This document shows positions 43,561 to 55,844 of a stretch of DNA of 63,561 nt, one piece after another. The notes beneath the pieces are model-generated. The model did no database searches. It was not told where the DNA came from and saw only the letters and a list, made by a program, of their open reading frames with translations. The DNA lies in NCBI RefSeq assembly GCF_001194135.2, contig NC_069002.1:22670606-22734166 (forward strand). Reading direction: 5' to 3'. Source of the stretch: Octopus bimaculoides. Its lineage: Eukaryota. Position numbers and translations under genes: made by a program. Numbering within the stretch: the stretch's first letter is position 1; each line of letters starts with the position of its first letter.

Positions 43561-44462
43561 ATTATTTATATATAGAGAGATAGAGTGTGAATTACTATTA
43601 TTGTCATTACAACTATCATGGAAGTTTACCAAAGCGATAATCATTTTATAATTGTGGATGGAAATCATTTCCTTTGGTGTAGCCGTTTAGATGGATCTTT
43701 AAAAGCCGAAACAGGTGTGTACTCTCCGCCTCATGTTATTGTTGCATTTTGTTTCATTTACGTGGGTTACGTACGAATTTTTTAAATGTTTATCGTGTAT
43801 ATCAATTATTAAATAAGTAAAAGACGGGATCTTATGATATAGTTCGACAGAAACTGTAACCGTATTGTTATCGTATATGCCTGAAACTGAAACCGGCATC
43901 GCTGGATATGAAGAGGAAGAAAAAAAACGTGTTACACTCTTAGAAACGCATAAATTATACATACATAACAACTACACACGCACACATACGCAAGGGTGCC
44001 CCTCTCCGACTTTTTTTCTCATAACTTTCAGAAGGTATGCATATCTATAAACATCGTGCATGCGTGTATATGCAGACGTATATGTCTGGGAATGTCTGTC
44101 AGCACTTCCTTCTGTCCATCTCCCTCCATACAAACAGCTGAATATAACAATTATTAGAGTGTAAACAAACTATTTGAGTGTCTATACACACGTATTACCC
44201 GTAACGTTCCTCTTAAATAAACGTGTGTATGTATTCACATGTACAGCTGTTTATGACTCAGTCTTTCTATCACTGTATTTAAAGATGTGTGCGTAAACAA
44301 CCAAATTTAAATATATGAACATTTTAAATATATGAAACCAATATGTAATATCAGCCCACAGCATTAAAATAATATACCGACACTCAATTTCACTAAATTG
44401 TTGATGTTGAATTAAAATGAAACTATAAAGAAACTATACAGGACTATTCTCTTTAAAATACC

Positions 44463-44508
<46 letters not shown>

Positions 44509-45546
44509 ATAATAATTTTCCCTTGTTTTGTTTTTGTAGATTTAATATATTTTTCATTTGCAGCACATATAGAATAAGGGCGACGAATGCTGCAAGTTTC
44601 ATTCTAGTATTTATCTATCTATCTATCTATCTATACATCCGTCCATCCATCCAATTTTGGGGCTTTATTTAGGTACCAAGAAAGGACAGACATCTGTGGT
44701 TGATGTTTAAGTTACCAGACGTAACACGTGTGATAATGTTTGTTCTCTGAATTAAAAGATGTTTTTATTCATTTCTCTATTCTGTAAGGGAGGGGATAAG
44801 GTGGAGTAAAAATTCCCCTGTTCTTCAGTTTTCGGTCTACATCAGAATCTGAAGACTTCTGAACAAATCCAGATGTAAAGTGTGGTTTAACACTTTCCGA
44901 TCTTGAGTAATCAGCCAGAGTTTGGAAGCAAGGTCTCGTATCTTTTGATATATATGTACCAGTAACGTGCTGCGGAATGGAAAGAAATGGATGACCTTCA
45001 CTACTCTGGCCACACTTTTATTTTTATGTTTATGAAAGGCCCGTGTACTTAACATAGACGGAGAAATCAATAGAAAAAAAAAACGCGTATACTTAAATGA
45101 CACCGGGAAATATCGAACACTTACATATACACGTACTTACAAGTTTATACATACACAAAGATATCTATGTAGATAGATATGCAGATATACACACACGCCT
45201 GATACCTTCCGATGTTTAAAAATATTTTGGTGAATGGAGACAAGCGTTGCAGAAATCAGCTGCTAAAAACAGTGACACTGTCTCATTGACTCATACACAC
45301 ATACATATGTGTGTATATATGTATGTATAAATGTGTGTGTGTGTTTGTTATTTTTGCTAGTAGATAGCAACAGCCTTATTATTCCGTATAGCCCTGAATG
45401 CAACATGGATATATACAAGAATGTTCTCACTGCTGTTTCATTCAAGTACTGACTTCATTCACACATTTAATCTAGCGCACAGTAGAACGCTATGTGACAC
45501 ATACATACACACCCTTTTCCTGTGTCTCTGTTACACTCTTTGTCTT

Positions 45547-45589
<43 letters not shown>

Positions 45590-45839
45590 TTCGATGTTTT
45601 GGTGTACTATCTTTCACACTCGGATACGCTGATATAATTACGTAGTGACATGCAGACACAACTTTCTCTCATTCACACACACACACTGGTGTAGGGACCC
45701 AGAGGTAGAACGTACGCAACCAACACCCACCCACACACACACACGATCACGATTCTCTTCACTCTGATTTATGTACACACATTGCTTTATGCATAATCTA
45801 ACACCACAAGGAAACGTGAATTGTTTTCACGTGTTCTGC

Positions 45840-45876
<37 letters not shown>

Positions 45877-45911
45877 ACACATACACACACAAACACACAC
45901 ACACACACACA

Positions 45912-45944
<33 letters not shown>

Positions 45945-46319
45945 GCACGCACATACAAATTCATGAGTGTTTACACATGTATACCGACACATGAATGTAC
46001 GACGGCACACGTGCACCAAGCATTGACACATGTTATGTAAGTACACAAGTTGACAGCTATTTATGTACATGCATACATATACCCATACATATACGTACGT
46101 TCATGCATACACAAACACATACATGCATGCATATATACATGCATGCATATATACATGCATGCATACGTACATGTGTGGTTAAGAAACCTGCTTTCCAACC
46201 ATGTGATCTTGGGTTCAGTCTCACTGTAACGAACTTTGGGCACGTGTTTTCTAATATAGCCCTGGGCTGACCAATTTATAATGAGTGAATTTGTTAGATG
46301 GAAACTGAGAGAAGCCCGT

Positions 46320-46359
<40 letters not shown>

Positions 46360-46369
46360 NNNNNNNNNN

Positions 46370-47923
46370 AAAATATAAAAACTTAATAACTTTGACTGTC
46401 ATATTGTGCGCTGTACGACAACTGCTGTCGTGACCGCAGCGCATCCTGAGCACCCAGCCTTACCCCCCGACACCCTCGCTCTCTCACTCTCCCGCTTGTG
46501 GTCAGCAAGGCAACACAATGATGCTCTCTGTACCTATATTACTATTTCATCTATTTTTTCCATTATCTCTTGCACCCCATACTACAAGATGCCTCCAAAG
46601 AGGAAGAATACATCTTCACCTGTAGCAGGAAATGCCAAGAAACAACGGAGAGCTATTGACCTTGACACGAAAATGAAAATCATTACAGACTACAAAGGCG
46701 GGAAAAAGGTGAGAGCTATCGCAGATGATACGGGCCTGGCACATTCTACCATCTCTCCTATTTTGAAGGATAAAGCGAAAGTGAAGGAGGCAGCCAGAAG
46801 TTCGATAGGCTTTAAAGCATGCATCACAAGACAACGGAAAGGTCTCATTCACGAGATGGAAAAGCTGCTCGCAATCTAGATTGACGATCAGATTCAAAAA
46901 TGAATTCCGATGAGCCTTCTCACTATCCAAGCAAAGGCACGCAGTATTGTCACCACACTGAAGGAGCAACAGGAAGAAGAATGAACTGAGACATTTACGG
47001 CAAACCATGGCTGGTTTCAATGATTTTGTTCGAGAATTAATCTGCATAATCGTAGCATCAGCGGTGAGGCAGCGAGCTCCGATGTGGAAAGAGCAGAGAA
47101 ATTCGATAATGAGGAACATGTCGGGAGTATAAATCGAAGAGTTGTGGACCTTGCTAATGAACTGAATTTGGAAGTGAACAACATTCAAGAATTAGTGGAA
47201 TATGAAGAGGGCGAGCAAACTACAGAAGATTTGATCGAATTGGAAGCATTGCAGCACATGGAAGAAGAACAAGAAAAAGAACGAACGAACAGAAGTACAA
47301 AAGAAGTTCACCGTCAAGGGATTAGCGAGTGTTTTCTCGAAGATTAATTCTGCTATGCTAGAACTTGAGGCGATAGATCCAAATTTTGAGCGATTTTCCA
47401 AGGTGGAAAGGCAGACAACTGAACTTTTCCGATGTTATCGAGAAATTAATGACGAAAAAAAGAAGATAACAAAAGCAAACAACACTGACGGGATTTTTCA
47501 TGCATTTTGATGTCAAGAATGAGTTGCTTTTGTAATCTTTATCCAAAGTAAAACAAAGTTATTATGTTTGAGTTTCCTTTAAACCTTTTCTATATAATCC
47601 TGAGAAAAGTTTATTCGGCAACTTATGTACTGGGCCTGGAATCACAAACATACTTATGATGTCTGAGCTACAATAATACAGTATCCATATCCTAACTTTT
47701 AAGGTTTTCCTTGTGATAATCTTACTGTTACTTATTCATTTTTCAACAATTTATGTTAGTGATTCTTGGTCCTGTACTGCATATACATTATACAGGACGG
47801 TATTCTGTTTTTATATGTACGTACAGTACACTATACCTATAAAAAAAAATGCATACCCTATGAATATTCGTTTAACGACGGGGCTGTTGGAATGTAACTC
47901 GGTCGTTAAATGAGGACAGTCTG
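46370..47923 (+). mobile_element. Tigger/pogo-type transposon; transposase pseudogene lacking the DDE domain
   Basis: ATG 46589 MPPKRK...RRAIDLDTKMKII...STI (psq-HTH), GLIHEMEKLLAI and FTANHGWF (CENP-B-type HTH), SGEAASSD; right end gaggacagtctg|ta; left end hidden in gap. Confidence 0.88.
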
Positions 47924-47994
47924 TATTAGAAAAGATAAGGTACTCAGATATCTGGATGGTTGAACATTTATAGATTTTTATTAATATGTCACAT

Positions 47995-48173
47995 GTTTTA
48001 TAAATATTAGCGCTTGTACCTATTCTTGTAGGTTCTTCAGATATGATTTCACTTCAGAGGATTTGTCTCTTTTTATAGTATGTATACTATAAAAGAGACA
48101 AATATACTATACAAAGAGACAAATCTTCTGAAGAACCTACAAGAATAGGTGCAAGCGCTAATATTTATAAAAC
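47995..48173. repeat. Short foldback (47-bp arms) with degenerate hammerhead-like motifs and an inner palindrome
   Basis: gttttataaatattagcgcttgtacctattcttgtaggttcttcaga pairs with tctgaagaacctacaagaataggtgcaagcgctaatatttataaaac (1 mismatch); inner palindrome 48061-48103. Confidence 0.85.
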
Positions 48174-48289
48174 NNNNNNNNNNNNNNNNNNNNNNNNNNN
48201 NNNNNNNNNNNNNNNNNNNNNNNNNNNNNNNNNNNNNNNNNNNNNNNNNNNNNNNNNNNNNNNNNNNNNNNNNATTTATATGTATGTAT

Positions 48290-48480
48290 GTATTTATATG
48301 TATATATGTATATGTATGTATGTATGTGGATATTTGTGGATCTTAAAATGTCTTTTGATGCCTCCGTTAGATTTGCAGACCTTCTGGTATTGAAAGGTGT
48401 GCACAGTCATATAAGCAGAATAGTTGGTACAAGTTCGTTTTCCATGTGTTCGCAAATGAGATTTGAGCCCAGCAAAAGAA
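48290..48480 (-). mobile_element. RTE-like LINE 3' end with zinc-finger remnants
   Basis: AGLKSHLRTH and QKVCKSNGGIKRHFKIH followed by an (ACAT)n tail. Confidence 0.5.
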
Positions 48481-50854
48481 AAAAAGGGCAATGTAATCCA
48501 GATCTTGTGTTCTGTGAGTGAAGCAAGGAAAGGAAGGGCTGGCACAAATACCTGCAACAGAGTAGCAATGTTATATAGGGTGATAGAGGAGTAGGTCTAC
48601 CACCTGACAATAGAGTATGACATGGCTTGTCCTTCATCTCTGTACAGTCCAGAGGTATGGCAGGGGGTGGAGGGCTTACTTTTAGAAAGGGTCAATGATA
48701 AGGCAATCCCACATCCATCAACTCAGTTCTGTCCTCATATGGAGACTGAACAAAGGTCACCCCCACCCTTTTTTTTTTACCCAGTAAGTATCATCATGGT
48801 ATATCTGGGAATTCATTTTGATTCTGGGATCTAGATGAGTGATTGAATTGAATTTCCTTTTAAGATCCATGACTTTGAGAAGCCACCATAACCGTTCAGT
48901 GCTATTTAGCATCAAAAGGATGTCTTACTGCAGACACTTTCAAGAATCGTTGCCTTCAACATCTCCATCTCCACAGAACAAGGAAAATTCCTTCAACATT
49001 TCAAAGAAAAGGTAAAATTCTGTGGCTGTGCTACAATATGTTTAGAACTTCAAAAACTAGGGAGTGGTGTGGCCCCCATCAATGTGAAGCATTGTTGATA
49101 AGGCCACTCCCACATTGGAAAGTTCTTGTCAAGTTTTGGAATTTGGTTATTTCATAAGCACTGGTATAGGAGCAAGGATCAAATAGCACAACCAACAGCA
49201 TGGGCATATGAGAAAGGATAACAACATCAACCGTGATCCTATAATGATGGAATCTATTGTGTGTGTCCGTTTATTTTAATTGCAATATATATTAAAAAAG
49301 AAGAAAAATGGACAAGTTCGCATAAAGCTCATGCATGCCATGTGACTGGGTTTTGTTTTAATTATTTAAACAAATGTACATCGTTTGTTATGTATTGATT
49401 AGGAGTTCAATATATGACAGTTCCAAACCCTGAAACAACCTGCAACATTTCTTGCCTGGAGATTAGCAGTGTTGTTAAATTGCCACAGATGGAAGATGTT
49501 CTTTCTGCAAAATTACCAACTGTCTACAGATCACAATCTGTAAGAATCAGTTTTGGAATATTTCAGTCAGAGCCACAGAGAAATTCCCTTTGGCAGCAAC
49601 AGACTTAGACTGAATTGTTTCCTTTTACGTTACAGTTCTACAAGAACAGAAGCTATATATATAGGTCTACAACAAATCCGGTCACGTGACCAGCTTTAAC
49701 CAATGAGCACCATCCTTAAAAATATCTCACAGATACAATATTTGTCATTTTACATAATTACTCAGAATATTGGTTTCAAATTTTGGCACAAGGCCAGCAA
49801 CTTTGGGGTGGGGGTTTGGGGTTAAATCAATTACATTAACTGTTCAACTGGTACTTATTTTATCAACCCCGAAGGGATGAAAGGCAAAGTTGACGTCAGC
49901 AGAATTTGAACTCAGAATGTGAAGACTGACAAAATGCTGCCAAGCATTTTGCCCAGCATGCTAACTATTTTGCCAGCTCATCGCCCTAATTATTGGGAAT
50001 ATTCTGTTCTACTATAAGCACAAGGCCTGAAATTTGTGGGGAGAGGCTAAGTCAATTACATCGACCCCTAGTACTCAACTGGTACTTATTTTATTGGTCC
50101 TGAAAGGATGAAAAGCAAAGCTGACCTCGATGGAATTCGAACTCATAATGCAAAAATGGCCGAAATGCCTCTAAACCTTTTGCCTAGCATGCTAACGAGT
50201 CTGCCAGCACATTGCCTTGATTATTTAGAATGTTGTCTGATAGATCACAGATATGTGTCATGTTTGAAATTCTGAGTAGTGATGTTGTGATTCATCGTTT
50301 TCTAATAAATAGGAATACGACATCATGTATTGATAATACTTTTGTTTTGTAGACACCAGGATGTGGTGTGTATCATCATCATCATCAGATAATATCATTT
50401 TTTTCTGTGATGTGTCAGACAGAATCTTTTGAGGTTAATTTGTTACTGTTGGATGCCTTTCCTGTTACCAACCTTCACCTGTTTCCAAGCAAGGTGATGT
50501 TTCTGCATGGCCAGACAAGTTTTTCATGGTAGACTGGACATGAACAACACTGCTTGTATGATGGTGATGCTCATTTACAGCCATCACATGATATCAAAGC
50601 AAGGGGCCATTCATTTGTATATGCACATGCACATTCTTTTATTCTTTTTTTTTCTTTTACTTGTTTCAGTCATTTGACTGTGGTCATGCTGGAACACCGC
50701 CTTAGTCAAACTAATCGACAGCAGGACTTATGGGGATGTAAGCACACCAACTTTGGTTGTCAAGTAATGGTGGGGGGACAAACACAGGCACACAAACATA
50801 TACATACACACACACACACATATATATATATATATCTTTCTCTCTCTCTCTCTC

Positions 50855-50885
<31 letters not shown>

Positions 50886-51708
50886 NNNNNNNNNNNNNNN
50901 NNNNNNNNNNNNNNNNNNNNNNNNNNNNNNNNNNNNNNNNNNNNNNNNNNNNNNNNNNNNNNNNNNNNNNNNNNNNNNNNNNNNNNNNNNNNNNNNNNNN
51001 NNNNNNNNNNNNNNNNNNNNNNNNNNNNNNNNNNNNNNNNNNNNNNNNNNNNNNNNNNNNNNNNNNNNNNNNNNNNNNNNNNNNNNNNNNNNNNNNNNNN
51101 NNNNNNNNNNNNNNNNNNNNNNNNNNNNNNNNNNNNNNNNNNNNNNNNNNNNNNNNNNNNNNNNNNNNNNNNNNNNNNNNNNNNNNNNNNNNNNNNNNNN
51201 NNNNNNNNNNNNNNNNNNNNNNNNNNNNNNNNNNNNNNNNNNNNNNNNNNNNNNNNNNNNNNNNNNNNNNNNNNNNNNNNNNNNNNNNNNNNNNNNNNNN
51301 NNNNNNNNNNNNNNNNNNNNNNNNNNNNNNNNNNNNNNNNNNNNNNNNNNNNNNNNNNNNNNNNNNNNNNNNNNNNNNNNNNNNNNNNNNNNNNNNNNNN
51401 NNNNNNNNNNNNNNNNNNNNNNNNNNNNNNNNNNNNNNNNNNNNNNNNNNNNNNNNNNNNNNNNNNNNNNNNNNNNNNNNNNNNNNNNNNNNNNNNNNNN
51501 NNNNNNNNNNNNNNNNNNNNNNNNNNNNNNNNNNNNNNNNNNNNNNNNNNNNNNNNNNNNNNNNNNNNNNNNNNNNNNNNNNNNNNNNNNNNNNNNNNNN
51601 NNNNNNNNNNNNNNNNNNNNNNNNNNNNNNNNNNNNNNNNNNNNNNNNNNNNNNNNNNNNNNNNNNNNNNNNNNNNNNNNNNNNNNNNNNNNNNNNNNNN
51701 NNNNNNNA

Positions 51709-51756
51709 ACCCTAACCCTAACCCTAGGGCTAGGGTTAGGGTTAGGGTTAGGGTTA
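51709..51756. repeat. Interstitial telomere-type palindrome (CCCTAA)3-(TTAGGG)4
   Basis: accctaaccctaaccctag-gg-ctagggttagggttagggt, a perfect 19-bp inverted repeat next to a gap. Confidence 0.85.
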
Positions 51757-52511
51757 AAGCAAATTTAAAATGAAAAAAGCAAATAAGACGAAGGTATGGA
51801 GATTAAATACGCTTTACATCGCTTAATCAGCCAAAGGAGTAAATGTAAACAACTGAATACTTGTCAGTGATTGGTTGAAATTATCGAAATAAGACAATTT
51901 TTTACATGAAATGAATTCGAATACAAAAATATTTTTCTGTTCTATAACACAAAATAGATAAGTATACGAAGTTTGAAAGTCTTTCCGTACCAAAAACACT
52001 ACATAAAACATTAATGAAAAATGTGGCCCCCGTTTTAAAATAGATCCATAAAGTGTATTGTTGATGGTGACCATTTCTCATGTCTGAGGATTTTAGTTTT
52101 CTCCTGATTTAGTGGTTCCATCTTGGTGATAGCATTGATGAATGAAAATGCCAACTCTTGAAGGAACAACAATGGCAAGGAAGGATTGTTGCTGTTCTTC
52201 CTATATCTTGGGCTCTTTAGGTTTTCCTTCAACTTTTCTTTTCGACTTTGGAAAAAGATCAATTCCAGTGGTGATGGAATGCCACCTGTTGGGGTGGTTC
52301 TTTCTCAGCTTCACTTTCTTAGTTTCCCTTTGATGGTTGTTCTTTGTAACAGCAGAAGACTTGTGTGTTTCAGAGATTCTGAGAGCAATGCTGTCAGGTG
52401 TCCAGTGCTCCTTGTTGGCCAACCATAGAAGCAAGGTCAAAGAAGAAGATCCACAATAAAATTTGTATGTGTTTACACACACACACACACACACGCACAA
52501 CCATATATATA

Positions 52512-53701
52512 TCTACTACATATGTGGAAAATCAGTGTGTGTGTGTGTTTGTGGCATTGTTACCTAACTCCTTCTACATCGTTTTATTGATTTTGATGAA
52601 ACTTAACACGTGAGTAGAACTCATGTCTGGAAACCTCATCACATACTTAGATTGTTGAAAAAAATCAATAATATGGCCCCTGGAAAGGACCTTTATATCT
52701 ACCTCATATAACTAATTTTTTTTAACACCCAAGAGAAATAACTCATAGCACCTGTACAATATTTTTTTAGACACTCAAGGAAAATAACCCATTTCATTGT
52801 TCATGTTTGATTACTTTGAATATTGATTTTTTTTGTGTATCCTATTTCTAATTTTTGCAGACAATATCACTTTTATACTTTATTTGACACGTGAGTAGAA
52901 CTCATGTCTGGAAACCTCATGACATACTTAGATTGTTGAAAAAAATTGATAATAGGGTCCTTCAAATGGATCCTTCTATCTACTACATATTACTAATATT
53001 TTATTTAAACAACCCAAGGGAAATAACCCATACCACCTACAGATTTTAGCAAAGCGTTCAGTATCTGATTCTCACGGTCAGCCAAACTAATTCTGCATTT
53101 CACTACTCATAGTCTTGAACTGCTAAACATTATTATTGCACTTCCTTAATTTGAATCTTAAACATTAAAGACTTCATTTATACATATCTATACGTATATA
53201 CATCTTTGAATGCCCATTACTCCGATAATTCTGCATTTTTACAGTTACACTTTTTCCATGACAGTAGATAGATTTTTTTATTCCACAACGTAGTTATAGT
53301 GGCTTCATGCAGGCATAGCATGGATTCGATCCTTGATTGCCAAATTCCACTTAACACTTCAACAGTGCTTTTCTCACGGTAAACCAATAGTTTTTCTGTG
53401 AATGATAGCAGTTGTACATTTCCAAGATGCCTTCGCTAAGCAGAATAATGTCTTTGCCTCTCGCAAACCGCCGACAGCCTCTCTCACCAATCTCTGACAA
53501 TCTTTCTTGCCAACCTCTGAAAACCTCTCTCGCCAACCTCCAGCAATCTCTGCCTGCTCCAGCTAACAGTTTTTTGTATGTTTTCATGATGGAAAATACA
53601 CCTTTTGTGGCAGTTATAGTGAAATTGCTTTCTTATATCAGAGTAATAAGGCATTTCAATAAAACATCTTTACCCCCGGAAATTACTGGGTACACCAGCT
53701 A

Positions 53702-53702
<1 letters not shown>
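52512..53702 (+). mobile_element. Helitron family 2, complete non-autonomous element (1191 bp)
   Basis: a|TCTACTACATATG followed by (TG)n; 3' hairpin cccgg-aaatta-ctggg and CTAG|t; internal direct repeat with 281-bp period. Confidence 0.7.
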
Positions 53703-53763
<61 letters not shown>

Positions 53764-53765
53764 AT

Positions 53766-53798
<33 letters not shown>

Positions 53799-53799
<1 letters not shown>

Positions 53800-54016
53800 G
53801 AGGGGGTGCTGAAAAGTTCCTGGCCTTGAGTAAAAGAAAATACAGGAGGATCAGTTAATCACGATTTTATTCAACATATTTCCCTCTCAGACTTGCACAT
53901 TTATTTGTAGTGGTCCTTCAGTTTTAGTAAGCCCTATAAAAGAACTCAGAAGGTTAGGCCTCCAACCAGGCCTTTTGTGATACTCTTAAAGCCAGGAACT
54001 TTTCAGCACCTCCTCA
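53799..54016. mobile_element. Mariner-type MITE (218 bp)
   Basis: ta|TGAGGGGGTGCTGAAAAGTTCCTGGC...GCCAGGAACTTTTCAGCACCTCCTCA|ta. Confidence 0.88.
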
Positions 54017-54534
54017 TATGTATATACGAAGCACATAAATACGATAACTAATAGCATGTAGATTGGGTTGAAAATTTCACAAATTCTTATGACACCAACA
54101 ATGTATATAAACCATCTTCATCATCATCATCATCCTTTGTCTGTTTTCCATGCTGGCATGGGTTGGATGGCTTGACCAGAGAGAGAGAGAGACTGCCTTT
54201 CTTTAGGAATTTGGTGCCATTTGGTGGCAGTGGCTGGTTTTATGTTAGTTTTCACCCTTTGCAGATCACTTGCCAATTTCTGCAAAGACCTTGTCATGTT
54301 TCCACTTGTATTGGCCTGCTCCCAATGCCCCAGGGCATCCAATCAAAATGTGGTTCAAAGAGCAAAGAGTGCTCTACACTGCTTGCAGGGTGGGTCTTCT
54401 TCTTGGTCTCATATTTTAAGGCTGTTTGAGGTTAGCAAGAGGTCAGCGACTGCATGAAGGAGGAAGGACAATCTTCTCTGGTCAGTGCTCCAGTGTTCCT
54501 TCCAGGAACTGTTTGTTTATCTCTCCCTCCCTTC

Positions 54535-54593
<59 letters not shown>

Positions 54594-54603
54594 NNNNNNN
54601 NNN

Positions 54604-54648
<45 letters not shown>

Positions 54649-54665
54649 GTCTCTCTCTCTCTCTC
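54535..54665. repeat. (TCTG)n microsatellite; representative of the many (TA)n, (CA)n, (AAT)n and (ACAT)n tracts
   Basis: Direct reading. Confidence 0.95.
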
Positions 54666-55233
54666 TCCCCGTCCTTGTCTTGATGTCATGCATTAATTGT
54701 AGACAAATGGCACTGTCATGCAAGCTGTGTTGTTTCTTTGCAATCTCGTACAAAAACATCTCTGGGCCTTTGTACTGTTCATGTTTGAAGGACTAGCAGA
54801 AAAATATTGCCTCACTTTGAAACAGGTGCAGGTTGGTAACAAGAAGAGCATCTTGCCAAAGATAATCTCCCTTGGCAAATTTTGTCCAATCCAATGCAAA
54901 TGTGGAAAAATGATTGTTAATGTAATGATGATGATGATACATGTGCGCGCACACACACACACACACACATGTATATGTATATATATATATTTAGACAAGT
55001 ATATACTTATACATGTTAAATTAAAGTTTGTTATTTAAAATCTAGTTTAATTCTAATAACAGAACATTTACTGATAGAGTGACTCAATATTAAGAAAAGA
55101 GTTCAGTTTGTGAAGTCCCTGTCAACCTGAACTGCATGCATGTATACATACAAACATACATACATACATATGTACATACATGCATACATACATACATATA
55201 TAAATACATATATACATGCATGCATGCATGCAT

Positions 55234-55844
55234 AAAATGTAAGCACAATAGACCTGATATAATGATTTGGGATAGAGAAGAGAAACTGTGCACAGTTGTG
55301 GAAATTAGCTGCCCAGCAGATGTCAACATAAAGCTGAAGATCAGTGAAAAAGAGAACACTTATGCTGAACTATTGAGAAATCTGCAGTTACTCTATCCAG
55401 ATTACAAGTTCAGGTTTATACCTGTAATTATTGGGATATGTAACACACTGCCTAAATACCAATCTTGATAAATTAGGCTTCTCAAAACCAGAAAGGAGAA
55501 AACCAATTCGAAGACTACAGATCTAATCCATCACTGGAACTGTAGAAACCTGTAAAACTTTCCAGAAGTTTATCATTTGAATACGTATGAGTATGTCTAG
55601 ACATGCAATTATATGCATGAGAATACGTACATAAAAACATACAAATCTGCACATACATACATACATACATACATATACATACATATATACATACATACAT
55701 TGCATGCATACATACATACATGCATACATACAAACAAAAATACCATGTTGTTGATGTTGAAATTCCAATGAAGAAGCCTTGAATCTAGATTAGAAACCGG
55801 TTCTTTCTCTGTTGGCAAGAAATCTTGAAATAAACTGGATAACG
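55234..55844 (+). mobile_element. 3' fragment of an RLE-type (R4/Dong-like) non-LTR retrotransposon
   Basis: KHNRPDIMIWD...VVEISCP...KISEKENTY...IPVIIG restriction-like endonuclease motifs; 3' UTR ends aaataaactggataacg directly before (ACAT)n; 5' flank also ACAT-rich. Confidence 0.8.

Noticed and set aside
48840-49270. Coding-like sequence of possible retroelement origin (also 52060-52430 and 16930-17030)
   Set aside because: No recognisable protein motif in any frame by eye.
51709-51756. Telomere end-to-end fusion scar
   Set aside because: Orientation is CCCTAA then TTAGGG, the reverse of a fusion, and only ~7 units are visible.
55765-55810. ATGAAGA...GAAACCGGTT in the R4-like 3' UTR
   Set aside because: Position 3 mismatch, no clean stem II or stem I; too weak to call a ribozyme.
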